Source of the DNA: a virus
Taxonomy: Duplodnaviria; Caudoviricetes
Strand: one strand, 5' to 3'
DNA length: 40,198 bases
Virus record (IMG/VR): IMGVR_UViG_3300033067_002387
Span: 1-40,198 of that record
Under the pieces are notes generated by a model, which worked only from the letters and a program-made list of their open reading frames with translations, did not search any database and was not told the DNA's origin. Shown here in pieces: positions 1 to 8,745 of the stretch. The position numbers were made by a program, and so were the translations under genes. Position 1 is the first letter of the stretch. The number at the start of each line of letters is the position of its first letter.

Positions 1-2
1 AG

Positions 3-704
3 CTTGGCCGGCGCTACATCGGCGTGGATCTCAGGCCCGAGCAAATCGAGGCCAATCGCGCGCAAGGCGAGGCGCTCTTCGGCGGCGATGGCTTAGAGGT
101 CGAGCCCGAGGGCGAGGCCGCGCCAGAAGCGCAAGCGCCAGCCGCGCCGCCTGATGTCTTCCTCGGCATCGGCGCGCAAGTGAAGCCTGAGTGGGTCCAG
201 GGCGACAGCCTCAAGGCCATTCCGGCGCTCGCGAGCGCATGGGGCGAAGCTCTGCCGACGCAATTCGCCGACTTCGTTTTCTCATGCCCTCCCTACGGCG
301 ATCTCGAAGTCTATAGCGACGCGGCCGATGATTTGAGCGCGATGGAGCACGCGGACTTTCTCATCGCCTACCGCGGCATCATCAAAGCGGCTGTCGATCG
401 ATTGAAGCCGGATCGCTTCGCGGCGATGTGCGTGGGCGACTTTCGTGATGGGCGCGGGCTTTATCGCAACTTCGTCAGCGACACCATCGCGGCATTTCAG
501 GACGCCGGCGCGATGCTCTACAACGAAGCCATCCTGGTCACGGCGGTGGGCTCGCTTCCCATCCGCGCCTCGCGCCAATTCCAAGTCAGCCGCAAGCTCG
601 GCAAGACGCATCAGAACGTGCTCGTGTTCGTCAAGGGCGATCCGCGCAAAGCGGTCGAAGCCATCGGCGACGTAGAGATGGGCGAGCCGAGCGAAACTGG
701 CTAA
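3..704 (+). CDS. Amino (N6-A/N4-C) DNA methyltransferase, 5'-truncated by the window edge
   Basis: Frame is open from base 3 (LGRRYIGVDLRPEQIE, SAM-binding region). Catalytic motif IV variant FSCPPY; C-terminal KTHQNVLVFVKG typical of phage MTases. Confidence 0.85.
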   Translation, partial: LGRRYIGVDLRPEQIEANRAQGEALFGGDGLEVEPEGEAAPEAQAPAAPPDVFLGIGAQVKPEWVQGDSLKAIPALASAWGEALPTQFADFVFSCPPYGDLEVYSDAADDLSAMEHADFLIAYRGIIKAAVDRLKPDRFAAMCVGDFRDGRGLYRNFVSDTIAAFQDAGAMLYNEAILVTAVGSLPIRASRQFQVSRKLGKTHQNVLVFVKGDPRKAVEAIGDVEMGEPSETG

Positions 705-714
705 AGCCGGCTCG

Positions 715-751
715 AAAAAAGGGCGCCCGGCTGATGAGGCTGGGCGCCCTT
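715..751 (-). terminator. Intrinsic terminator of the leftward operon (possibly bidirectional)
   Basis: Minus strand AAGGGCGCCCAGC-loop-GCCGGGCGCCC followed by T6, between convergent genes. Confidence 0.7.
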
Positions 752-812
752 CCCGCTCTAGCATTTCAAGCCGGCGGCCTCGGCCCTAACTTCGAGCCGC
801 CAAGCCCATGCA

Positions 813-1085
813 TCAAGCGAGCTTTGCATCGTTCGCCGGATCAGGAAATGGCGTCGGCTCTTCGCGCGGCCATTTTTGCCCGAGGCGAAGGATGACGGCG
901 CTCTGATCCTCGCCCTCCCGCGCTTCGTTCGCGAGCGCCTCAACCCAAGGGTCGTCCATATCCAGATCGACAAAGCCATCCTCGCGCACGCGCTGCGCGA
1001 GATGCGGGATAAAGTCCCCCTCGCCGCGCGCCCTGATGCGGTCGATCTCGGCCGACGCGGCCATGCTGATGGTGACTGTTTTCAT
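813..1085 (-). CDS. Hypothetical protein (90 aa)
   Basis: GGAGGAG SD before MKTVTIS; start overlaps the stop of the upstream ORF (ATGA). Confidence 0.6.
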   Translation of the reverse strand: MKTVTISMAASAEIDRIRARGEGDFIPHLAQRVREDGFVDLDMDDPWVEALANEAREGEDQSAVILRLGQKWPREEPTPFPDPANDAKLA

Positions 1086-1315
1086 ACTCTCCTCCATCGC
1101 CGCCCATTGCGGCTTTCGCTAGTTTTGATGACCTCGAAGCCTTGCGCTCGAAGCGAGCGAAGGAAGTTCTCTTGGAGCGTGCCTCGGCCCTTGCCGCTAT
1201 CGAGCGCGGCGATGCGGATGGCCTCCAGCCGCTCTTTCTCCTGAAGAGAGCGCATAGCATGCGCCATGCGCTCCATGCCGCGCGCGAAGGCGCTGAGGCT
1301 AATGCCGGCTTGCAT
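1082..1315 (-). CDS. Hypothetical protein (~77 aa)
   Basis: Start MQAGIS chosen by operon packing; stop coupled to the next start. Confidence 0.5.
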   Translation of the reverse strand: MQAGISLSAFARGMERMAHAMRSLQEKERLEAIRIAALDSGKGRGTLQENFLRSLRAQGFEVIKTSESRNGRRWRRV

Positions 1316-1553
1316 CGCCCGCCCCCATCTCCATCGTCGCCTGCGCCGCTTGGTTTGTGACGCGCTCCAGGAAATCGACGAGCGCGGCTTCATCGCGCGC
1401 CGGCTCGGGCACGCCCTCATATGTGGCGATCACGCCAAGCGCCGCCGCGACGCTCGCGCCGTGCTTCATCAAGAGGTATCGATAGGACGCCGTGGCGGCG
1501 ACGATGGTGCTGATGTCTTCCAGCGTCAGCTCGATTGTGATGGTGCGTTTCAT
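1299..1553 (-). CDS. Hypothetical protein (84 aa)
   Basis: GGGAGG SD before MKRTITIEL; ATGA overlap with the upstream ORF. Confidence 0.6.
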   Translation of the reverse strand: MKRTITIELTLEDISTIVAATASYRYLLMKHGASVAAALGVIATYEGVPEPARDEAALVDFLERVTNQAAQATMEMGAGDASRH

Positions 1554-2215
1554 ATGCCGGCCTCCCGCTGGCGCTGATATTCCGCGAGCGCCGCCGGCGT
1601 CAGCTTCACGCGATGGGCGCGCGCAAAGTCTGAAGCATGAAAGCACTCGCCGACTTGTTCGACGATGCCCGAGGCTTCGAGCGCTTCGAGCACGCCCTCA
1701 TTCTCGCTCCATGTTTTGATCCAGCATTCGCCGGGGCCGAGCGCCGGGGCCGGGGCCGCCGCGAGAAAGACGGTGGCCTTATAGAGCGCCTCGCTGTCTG
1801 GCGTTGCATTCTGGCGCACCACCATCGCCAGCGAGCCATCAGAGTAGGCGGCGAATTGAATGAAGCCGCTGAGCCGGCCGCCCTCGCCGGCGACGGCCAT
1901 GCGAAGCGCCGGAAGTGGGCGCGGATTGCGCGGCCCGAGCGCGCCACCTTGCTCTTGCCAACGCCGGCGGTTCTCGACGCCGCCCCAGCATTGGCTCGGC
2001 GCGCGATTGTAGAACCAGCGCACAATGTCGAGCATGGCGCGCTGGTTGATGTCGTCGGCGGCGCCGAAAGCTTCTTTCAGCTCATTGTCGAGAAAGGCCG
2101 AGAGGAAGCCGCCTACCGGGTCGCCGTGGTTGATATAGCGCGCGATGCCATCGCGGATATGCTCGGGCACGCCAGAGCCGCGAAAGCTCTCGTCAGTGAT
2201 GGGAAGTTCAACCAC
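1550..2215 (-). CDS. Two-domain phage hypothetical protein
   Basis: N-half GGFLSAFLDNEL...WFYNRAPSQCWG and C-half CWIKTWSENEGVLEAL each resemble small conserved phage/mobile-element proteins; GTG start. Confidence 0.7.
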   Translation of the reverse strand: MVELPITDESFRGSGVPEHIRDGIARYINHGDPVGGFLSAFLDNELKEAFGAADDINQRAMLDIVRWFYNRAPSQCWGGVENRRRWQEQGGALGPRNPRPLPALRMAVAGEGGRLSGFIQFAAYSDGSLAMVVRQNATPDSEALYKATVFLAAAPAPALGPGECWIKTWSENEGVLEALEASGIVEQVGECFHASDFARAHRVKLTPAALAEYQRQREAGI

Positions 2216-2474
2216 GGCCGCCCCCTTCGATGCTTGTCTTCAGCGCCATCAGCTCGCTCGCGGCAAGCTGAAACGCCTCATGCGTTTGGTCGATGAGCCC
2301 GACAAACTCGCGCATTGCCGGCGCTTCTGGAGTCAGGCGCATTGCGATTAGCGGGATGAGCTGGCCGGCGAGGCGATTGCCGAAGATGCCGGCCTTGGCG
2401 CAGGCCACTTGCGCCGGGCCGAGCGGGCTCTCATCGATGCTCGCGGCATCGCGCGGCTCTTGTTCGTTCGTCAT
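2208..2474 (-). CDS. Hypothetical protein (88 aa)
   Basis: AGGAGG SD; overlaps the next gene. Confidence 0.65.
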   Translation of the reverse strand: MTNEQEPRDAASIDESPLGPAQVACAKAGIFGNRLAGQLIPLIAMRLTPEAPAMREFVGLIDQTHEAFQLAASELMALKTSIEGGGRG

Positions 2475-2493
2475 TGCATTCCTCCTGAAGATG

Positions 2494-2541
2494 AAAAAAA
2501 AGGGCGGCCGCCGCGCTCGGGGTCCGATGAGCGCGACGGCC
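2494..2541 (-). terminator. Intrinsic terminator after the DUF932-like gene
   Basis: 13-bp stem GGCCGTCGCGCTC/GAGCGCGGCGGCC followed by GCCC-T8 on the minus strand. Confidence 0.6.
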
Positions 2542-2556
2542 TAGCTCGCGCCGTGA

Positions 2557-3681
2557 TCAGGCGGCGACGAGATCGAGAAGCTTGCCGGCTTGGCGCTCAA
2601 GCGGAACGCGCACGTCTTGATGATTGCGCCCGCGCGCATAGGCCGTTGCCCCAGTCACGGCATCGAAGACCGTCTCAATCGGCCGGCCCTCTTCCAGCTC
2701 ATGCGCGGCGATGATGGCCGCGCTCTCGCGGGCGCTGAAGCGCTTCTCAAGAAACTTCATCACATCGTCCGCATCGCCGAGCCGCTTGGCCTGAGCGGCC
2801 TTGATGGTTTGCTCGATGCCTTCGGTGCTCGACTTCTCATAAGCTTCGAGCGCCGGCGCGACTTGCTCGATGAATTTGTCCGGCGCGCTGGCCGTGTGGC
2901 GCAAGCGGATCTCCTGATATTGCTGAGCGCCCCAGACGATGCGGTTCGAACAGACATAATCGAAGAGGAATGTGCCGATCCCCATCGAGGCCGAGCCGAC
3001 TTCGCTATTCCAAAGGAAGAAGCCCCGGCTCATCAAGCCGGCCTTGCGATTGCGCCGCCCCTCGACCTCGAAGGCATGGCCCTCATCGGCGAGAAAGACG
3101 AACATATCGCGATCGCTCGCATAAAGCGTGGTGTTGTCCTTGGTGATGGGGACCGGCTTGCCAAACTCGCCCGGCACGCGGAAGGCGCCAGTGCGGCCGT
3201 CGCCGAATTTATCGATGAGCGCGCTCAGCACATCGCTATTCCAGATGCGCCCATAATTAGGGCCGGTGGCGGCAAGCAGCTCAGCGCCGGCGCCGGCCTC
3301 GGTCTCGTCGCGGCTCAGCACGCCAACGTCAGAGATGTCGCGCAAATAGCGAAGGCCATAGTTGATGCAATCGGCCGCCATCGTCGGCGCGAGGCAGCGA
3401 AGATATGCCGGCGGCGCGCCGGCGAGAGCCGCGATCTGACCGAAAGCCCAATGCGAAGGCGCGGCCGGCTCATCGCGCGTGCCGATGATTTGCATGCCGC
3501 CGACTTTGGGATTGCTTTCATCTGGAAGCGGTTCGGCCAGAAGCCGCCGCGAGCTGATAGCGCCGGCCCGGCTTTTTTCGCGGTTGGTCCGCATCGTGGC
3601 CTGCATGTCAGTTAGCGAGAGATAGCGCTCGTCGGCTGGGCGGCTCGCCCACTGGTTCGAAGCGCGCATGAGAGTTGCCAT
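2557..3681 (-). CDS. DUF932/DUF945-family protein
   Basis: N-terminus ASNQWASRPADERYLSL, TTLYASDRDMFVFL, RGFFLWNSEVG and FDYVCSNRIVWG match my recollection of this family. Confidence 0.75.
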   Translation of the reverse strand: MATLMRASNQWASRPADERYLSLTDMQATMRTNREKSRAGAISSRRLLAEPLPDESNPKVGGMQIIGTRDEPAAPSHWAFGQIAALAGAPPAYLRCLAPTMAADCINYGLRYLRDISDVGVLSRDETEAGAGAELLAATGPNYGRIWNSDVLSALIDKFGDGRTGAFRVPGEFGKPVPITKDNTTLYASDRDMFVFLADEGHAFEVEGRRNRKAGLMSRGFFLWNSEVGSASMGIGTFLFDYVCSNRIVWGAQQYQEIRLRHTASAPDKFIEQVAPALEAYEKSSTEGIEQTIKAAQAKRLGDADDVMKFLEKRFSARESAAIIAAHELEEGRPIETVFDAVTGATAYARGRNHQDVRVPLERQAGKLLDLVAA

Positions 3682-3731
3682 TTTTTCTTCCCCTTGGAGC
3701 CCCGCCAGGAATCCGGCGGCGGCGGCCCCTT

Positions 3732-3749
3732 TATGGGAAGCATCCCAAG
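3732..3749 (-). promoter_or_regulatory. Operator O1 inside a leftward promoter
   Basis: TATGGGAAGCATCCCAAG; minus strand reads TTGCCA-N17-CATAAA upstream of the DUF932-like gene. Confidence 0.75.
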
Positions 3750-3822
3750 ATGTGGCAAGCGCTGAAACCGAAAGCGGCGGCCCTTTCGAGCCGCCGCTGG
3801 GGATTATCGCCGGGCGCTGGGC

Positions 3823-4746
3823 TCAGCGCTTCTTCGCCTTCAGATAGGCCACGCTCAAATCGCGGAAGCGCTTGAGCGCATTGAGCGAGGATGACTCGCG
3901 GTGGAAGATGATGGCCTGCAGCCCCTTGAGGTCGCCGGCCTTGAGCATGGCAATCTGCTCGGCGAGGCGCGCCCGATAAGGGCGGTGCGTGTCAGAGCTG
4001 AAGTCTGGGGCCTTCGGCATCACGCCGCGCTCAGCGGCCGCCATGGCTTCGGCGAAAGCATGGTTGGTGCGCTTGGGCGCGCCCGCCTCGCGCGCGGCCT
4101 TGGCGCCAGAGCGGTCGTAGTGCGTGCGCGTCTTCGGCTGATTCTCATCGCTGGCGCGGCGCGGCTTGATGCTCGGCGCCGGCGCGCGGCGAAGCTGCTT
4201 CACGTCCGCGCCCTTGGCGATGCGCGTGGGCCCGACGCTGGCGGCCTTCGCGGCCGGCTTGGGCTCGGGCGCCTTGGCGCGGATCGGAAGCTGAGGCCGG
4301 CGCGGCGCATCATCGGTGCGCTTGGCTGGCTTGGCGCTGGCGGCCGCCATGGCCGCCTTGCTTGCCGGCTTGGCGATGATGAAGCGCGCGCCATCGGGTT
4401 GCACTTCGGCTTGATCGGGCATCAAGCCCGACGCCTTGAGCGCGCGCACGGCGGCGGATTTTGCGGAGTAGGTCTTGCCGATGATGCTGGTGTCCATTTT
4501 CAGATTCTCCAATTCGGGCGTCCACATGACTGAGCGGCCTTCGCGCGTGACGCCGTAGATGAGCGCGCGTTTGCCTGGATGCTTGGCGACGAGGCGAGCG
4601 GCCTCGGCCTTGGCGGCTTCGAGAGTCGGGATTTCATCGGTGCGGTCATAGCGGCCGGCGCCGAGAAAGATCATTGCATTGAAGTGGACCGCTTCGGCGA
4701 GCCAGCGCGCGTCGCGGAAGTCGGTCGGATGCGGCTTGCGGGCCAT
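3823..4746 (-). CDS. Basic Lys/Ala/Pro-rich hypothetical protein (~307 aa)
   Basis: GAGGGGG SD before MARKPHPTDF; globular ends with a low-complexity basic middle. Confidence 0.7.
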   Translation of the reverse strand: MARKPHPTDFRDARWLAEAVHFNAMIFLGAGRYDRTDEIPTLEAAKAEAARLVAKHPGKRALIYGVTREGRSVMWTPELENLKMDTSIIGKTYSAKSAAVRALKASGLMPDQAEVQPDGARFIIAKPASKAAMAAASAKPAKRTDDAPRRPQLPIRAKAPEPKPAAKAASVGPTRIAKGADVKQLRRAPAPSIKPRRASDENQPKTRTHYDRSGAKAAREAGAPKRTNHAFAEAMAAAERGVMPKAPDFSSDTHRPYRARLAEQIAMLKAGDLKGLQAIIFHRESSSLNALKRFRDLSVAYLKAKKR

Positions 4747-4799
4747 TGGGCTTTCCCCCTCGCCTTGGCGGCGAATCCGCCCCGGCTCATGCAGCGTAC

Positions 4800-4817
4800 T
4801 ATGGGACCAATCCCAAC
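4800..4817 (-). promoter_or_regulatory. Operator O2 inside a leftward promoter divergent from terS
   Basis: TATGGGACCAATCCCAAC; minus strand TTGAAC-N17-TAGTAC. Confidence 0.75.
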
Positions 4818-4891
4818 GGTTCAACCCCCCTTGTCGTCCGCCGCTCGGCCGGCAATCCGCCCCGCCCCGGATCAGGCCGACGCTCAGGGCC

Positions 4892-5344
4892 ATGGAAGCG
4901 CATCAGCCAAGCCCCAAGACCCGCCAGCACGTCGAGCTTCTCGTCGCTGTCGGCATCCAGCAAACCGTGATCGCGGCGATGCTCGACATCAGCGTGCCGA
5001 CGCTCAAGGCGCATTACGGCGAAGAGCTGAAGTTCGGCAAAGCCAAGATGCTCGCCAAGGTCGGCGCGACGCTCTTCCAAGCCGCCGTGGGCCGGCCGGC
5101 CGCCTATGACGCGCAGGGCCGGCTCATTCAAAGCGAGCTGAAGCCTGACCGCGTTAGCGCGATCTTCATCATGAAGACGCAGGCCGGCTGGAAGGAAACC
5201 AATGTCGTCGAAATTAGCGACCCGACCGCCGGCGCAAGAGAGCGACTCGCTCAGGAAGTTGGTCGAGCACTTGCCGCGAACAACGAAGGAAGCGGCGCCG
5301 AGGCTGAAGCTCCTCAGCCAGCTAATTCAGAGCGAGTCCATTGA
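4892..5344 (+). CDS. terS: Terminase small subunit
   Basis: HTH-like IAAMLDISVPTLKAHYGEEL, AIFIMKTQAGWKE motif, directly upstream of TerL. Confidence 0.8.
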   Translation: MEAHQPSPKTRQHVELLVAVGIQQTVIAAMLDISVPTLKAHYGEELKFGKAKMLAKVGATLFQAAVGRPAAYDAQGRLIQSELKPDRVSAIFIMKTQAGWKETNVVEISDPTAGARERLAQEVGRALAANNEGSGAEAEAPQPANSERVH

Positions 5345-6617
5345 CGACGAAGCGGCGCTGGTCGCGCAATTCGACTGGCGCACCTGGTGGGCGCGCGAGA
5401 ATCAGCTTCCGCCATCGCTGAGCCAGAGCGGCGGTGATTGGCATATTTGGCTGGGGCTCGCCGGGCGCGGCTTCGGCAAAACGCGCATGGGCGTCGAGTG
5501 GTTTCTGGAAAAGGTCGCCGAAGGCACGCCCGATGTGCCGCTCGCCATCATCGGGCGCACGGCCGCCGATGTGCGCGACGTGCTCATCGAGGGCCCGACC
5601 GGCATCATGGCGCGCTCGCCGCCCTGGCGCCGGCCGAATTATGAGCCATCGAAGCGCCGCATCACTTGGTCGAACGGCGTCTATGCCACCACCTTCACCG
5701 CTGAGGAGCCGGATCAGATGCGCGGCCCGCAATTCGGCGCGGCGCTTGCCGATGAGATTGCGGCGTGGCCCTACTTTGAAGATGCGTGGTCGAACCTCTT
5801 GCTTGCCACGCGCCTTGGCCCCTCGCCTCAAATTGCGGCGCTGACGACGCCGCGCCCGCTTCCGCAGATCCGCGAGCTCCTCAGCGACCCCGATGTTGCA
5901 ATCACGCGCGGCGCGACCTTCGACAACATCGCCAATCTCAGCCCGAAGTTCATCGTCCAGATGCGGAAGCGCTACGAGGGCACGCGCCTCGGCAAGCAAG
6001 AGCTTTACGGCGAGCTTCTCGATGATTTGCCGGGCGCGCTCTGGACGCATGAGGTTCTTGAGCGATGCCTCGCCAAGCCGGGCGAGACATTTACGCCCGA
6101 TATGTTCTCGCGCATCGTGATCGCGGTCGATCCATCCGGCTCAAGCGGCGATGATGAAGGCGATCCGCAAGGCATCATCGCCGCCGGCGAGCTGAGGGAC
6201 CGGCCCGAGCATTATGTGGTTTTGCAAGATCGCACCGAGCGTCGCTCACCCGAGGGCTGGGCTGGCGAGTCGGTGAGGCTCTTCGATGAGCTCGGCGCCG
6301 ATCTCATCCTTGGCGAAAAGAACTATGGGGGCGATATGGTCCGCGCCGTCATCCAAGGCTATCGCCCGAGCGCGCCGGTCAAGCTCATCAGCGCCTCGCG
6401 CGGCAAGCATCTTCGCGCCGAGCCAGTCTCAATGCTCTACGAGCAAGGCAAGGTGACGCATGTCGCCGGCCTCGGCGCGCTCGAAGACGAATATCGAAAC
6501 TTCACCACGCAAGGCTATAAGGGTGGCGCATCGCCCAACCGCGCCGACGCCGCGGTATGGTGCTTGCTCGAATTGGCGAAAGGCGCGCTCAACGAACCGC
6601 GCATCCGCTCGCTCTAA
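5202..6617 (+). CDS. terL: Terminase large subunit (GTA-like family)
   Basis: Walker A AGRGFGKT, RGPQF...ADEIAAW Walker B, TTPRP, nuclease IAVDP and SPNRADA. Confidence 0.95.
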   Translation: MSSKLATRPPAQESDSLRKLVEHLPRTTKEAAPRLKLLSQLIQSESIDDEAALVAQFDWRTWWARENQLPPSLSQSGGDWHIWLGLAGRGFGKTRMGVEWFLEKVAEGTPDVPLAIIGRTAADVRDVLIEGPTGIMARSPPWRRPNYEPSKRRITWSNGVYATTFTAEEPDQMRGPQFGAALADEIAAWPYFEDAWSNLLLATRLGPSPQIAALTTPRPLPQIRELLSDPDVAITRGATFDNIANLSPKFIVQMRKRYEGTRLGKQELYGELLDDLPGALWTHEVLERCLAKPGETFTPDMFSRIVIAVDPSGSSGDDEGDPQGIIAAGELRDRPEHYVVLQDRTERRSPEGWAGESVRLFDELGADLILGEKNYGGDMVRAVIQGYRPSAPVKLISASRGKHLRAEPVSMLYEQGKVTHVAGLGALEDEYRNFTTQGYKGGASPNRADAAVWCLLELAKGALNEPRIRSL

Positions 6618-6664
6618 TTTTCCCGCTTTCAACCAAGGCCGGCGCCCGAGCGAAGCTCAGCGTC

Positions 6665-8029
6665 ATGGCTTCTAATCCCCTCTCGCGCGCCTGGACCCGG
6701 GTCGCTTCATTCGCCGGCCGCTCTTTCGGCCAGAGCCGCGCCGCGCTTGGGCGCGGCATCGCGCTCTTCCCGCGCGCCTTCGAGCAGCGCGCCAGCGCGG
6801 TCGGCCGGCTCATCTTCATCGCCACCGGCGGCCAGATTCGCCGCACTGAAATCAAGTATGAGGACTTGGCGAAGGAAGGCTACGAGTCGAACCCGGTAGT
6901 CTATCGCTGCATCCGCTTCATCGCCGATGCGCTCAAGTCGATGCCGGTCATTATCATGGATGGCGAGAAGGAAGTCGCGCCAGAGCATCCGATGCGCCTG
7001 GTCTTCGATGCGCCCAATCCGGATCAAGTTTGGGAAGAGCTGGTCGATGCGATCGTCGGCCACTTGGTGCTCGCCGGCGAGTGCTTCCTGGAAGGCGTGC
7101 GCCTGGATCGCGGCGCGCTCGCGGAGATCAACGCGCTTCGCCCGGACAAAACCAATCCGCTGCCGGCCGAGGATGGAACCGTTGCGGCCTACATCTACGA
7201 GGGCATGGGCGGCAGCGTGCGCTTCGATATCGATCCGAAGCCGCTCACTTTTCGGCCGATCTTGCACATCAAGAATTGGCACCCGCGCGATCAATGGCGC
7301 GGCTTGCCGTCGCTCGGCCCGGCCTCGGGCGCTGGCGATGAGCACAACCAAGCTGTCGCCTACCAGAAGGCGCTCTATACCAACAGCGCGCGCCCGAGCG
7401 GCGCGATGGTTTACGAGCCGAAGGAAGGCCCGGCTTCGCTCAGCGATGCCTCATATGACCGCCTGAAGAACGAAATGGAGGATCATCATCAGGGCACCGG
7501 CAATGCTGGCCGGCCGATGCTTCTCGATGGCGGCCTGCGCTGGGAGCAGATGGGCCTGTCGCCGAAGGACTTGGAATCCGGCGAAGGACGCTCGGCGGCC
7601 GCGCGCGAGATTGCGCTGGCGCTGGGCGTGCCGCCGCTGATGCTCGGCATCAAGGGCGACAACACCTTCGCCAACTTCGCCGAGGCCAAGCTGGCGTTTT
7701 GGGAGTTCACCGTCCTTCCGCTGGCGAAGCTCTTGCAAAAGAAGCTCACCGCATGGGTGCGGCCGCTCTCGCCAAGCATCAGCATCAAGCTCGACATCGA
7801 AGGCTCGCCCATCGCTGAATCGGCGAAGAAGGATCGCTGGGAGCGCGTCAACGCGGCGAGCTTCTTGAAGGTCAACGAAAAGCGCGAGGCGCTTGGATAT
7901 GAGCCGGTGCCGGATGGCGATCACATTCTCGTCGCCATCGGCAATGCGACGCTTGAGGACGTGGTGAGCGCCGCGCCGCCGAATCCGCTGGCGGCCGGCA
8001 AGACCGCTTATGGCTCCACGCTGCAATGA
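6665..8029 (+). CDS. HK97-family portal protein
   Basis: EGYESNPVVYRCI, NSARPSGA, GRPMLLDGGLRWEQMGLSPKD, GVPPLMLG, NEKREALGY. Confidence 0.95.
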   Translation: MASNPLSRAWTRVASFAGRSFGQSRAALGRGIALFPRAFEQRASAVGRLIFIATGGQIRRTEIKYEDLAKEGYESNPVVYRCIRFIADALKSMPVIIMDGEKEVAPEHPMRLVFDAPNPDQVWEELVDAIVGHLVLAGECFLEGVRLDRGALAEINALRPDKTNPLPAEDGTVAAYIYEGMGGSVRFDIDPKPLTFRPILHIKNWHPRDQWRGLPSLGPASGAGDEHNQAVAYQKALYTNSARPSGAMVYEPKEGPASLSDASYDRLKNEMEDHHQGTGNAGRPMLLDGGLRWEQMGLSPKDLESGEGRSAAAREIALALGVPPLMLGIKGDNTFANFAEAKLAFWEFTVLPLAKLLQKKLTAWVRPLSPSISIKLDIEGSPIAESAKKDRWERVNAASFLKVNEKREALGYEPVPDGDHILVAIGNATLEDVVSAAPPNPLAAGKTAYGSTLQ

Positions 8030-8745
8030 CGGATGAGGAACGAGCCCGATGGCTGGCCTCTCTGGCGCGCGCTCGGCATCAAGCCGAGCGTTCGCTTTTG
8101 CGGCAAGTCCGGCGCGAGCTTTTTCAATGCGCCGAGGAAGTCGTCGCGCAGCGCTGGGGCGTCGATTTCCATCGCAATCGCGTCGAGCTGATCTTGGAAA
8201 GCGCATACGCGCGCGCTGGCACGGACTTCGCCAATATCGGCCGCGCCATGCTGAAGGCTGAGCGCCGCGATGATGGCGCCGGCTTCGGCGCGCGCGTTGC
8301 CGATCTCATCCGCGCGCAAGGCCCGCTCCGCGCGCGCCAGATCGCGGAAAAGAGCCAGAGCATCATCACCGAGAGCCTCGCGCAATCGGCGGCCGCTGGC
8401 CTCGGCCCGGATGCGGCGGCCGTCGCCTTGCGGCGCGCGCTGGCGACCGGCCAGCTCAGCGTTCAGCGCGCCCGCACCATCGCCCGGACCGAGATCGGCG
8501 CGGCGCAGAACGCCGGGCTTCTTGGCGCGGCCGAGGCGCATGGCGTTTCCGTGCACAAGCGATGGGCGGCGGTCGAGGATGAGCGCACCCGCGCCAGCCA
8601 TCATGCGGCGGACGGCCAGATTGTGGCTCAATCCGCCCGCTTCAAGGTTGGCGAAACTTATCTGGAGTATCCCGGCGATCCTAAAGGCCCCGCCGGCGAA
8701 ATCATCAATTGTCGCTGCACAATCCTTCTGGAGTATGCCCCATGA
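8026..8745 (+). CDS. Minor head (Mu gpF/SPP1 gp7-like) morphogenesis protein
   Basis: RARTIARTE, KRW...DERTRASH, YPGDP...EIINCRC. Confidence 0.9.
   Translation: MTDEERARWLASLARARHQAERSLLRQVRRELFQCAEEVVAQRWGVDFHRNRVELILESAYARAGTDFANIGRAMLKAERRDDGAGFGARVADLIRAQGPLRARQIAEKSQSIITESLAQSAAAGLGPDAAAVALRRALATGQLSVQRARTIARTEIGAAQNAGLLGAAEAHGVSVHKRWAAVEDERTRASHHAADGQIVAQSARFKVGETYLEYPGDPKGPAGEIINCRCTILLEYAP

Noticed and set aside
731-738. CTGATGAG, the hammerhead ribozyme core
   Set aside because: It forms the loop of a terminator hairpin; no stem II followed by GAAA is present.
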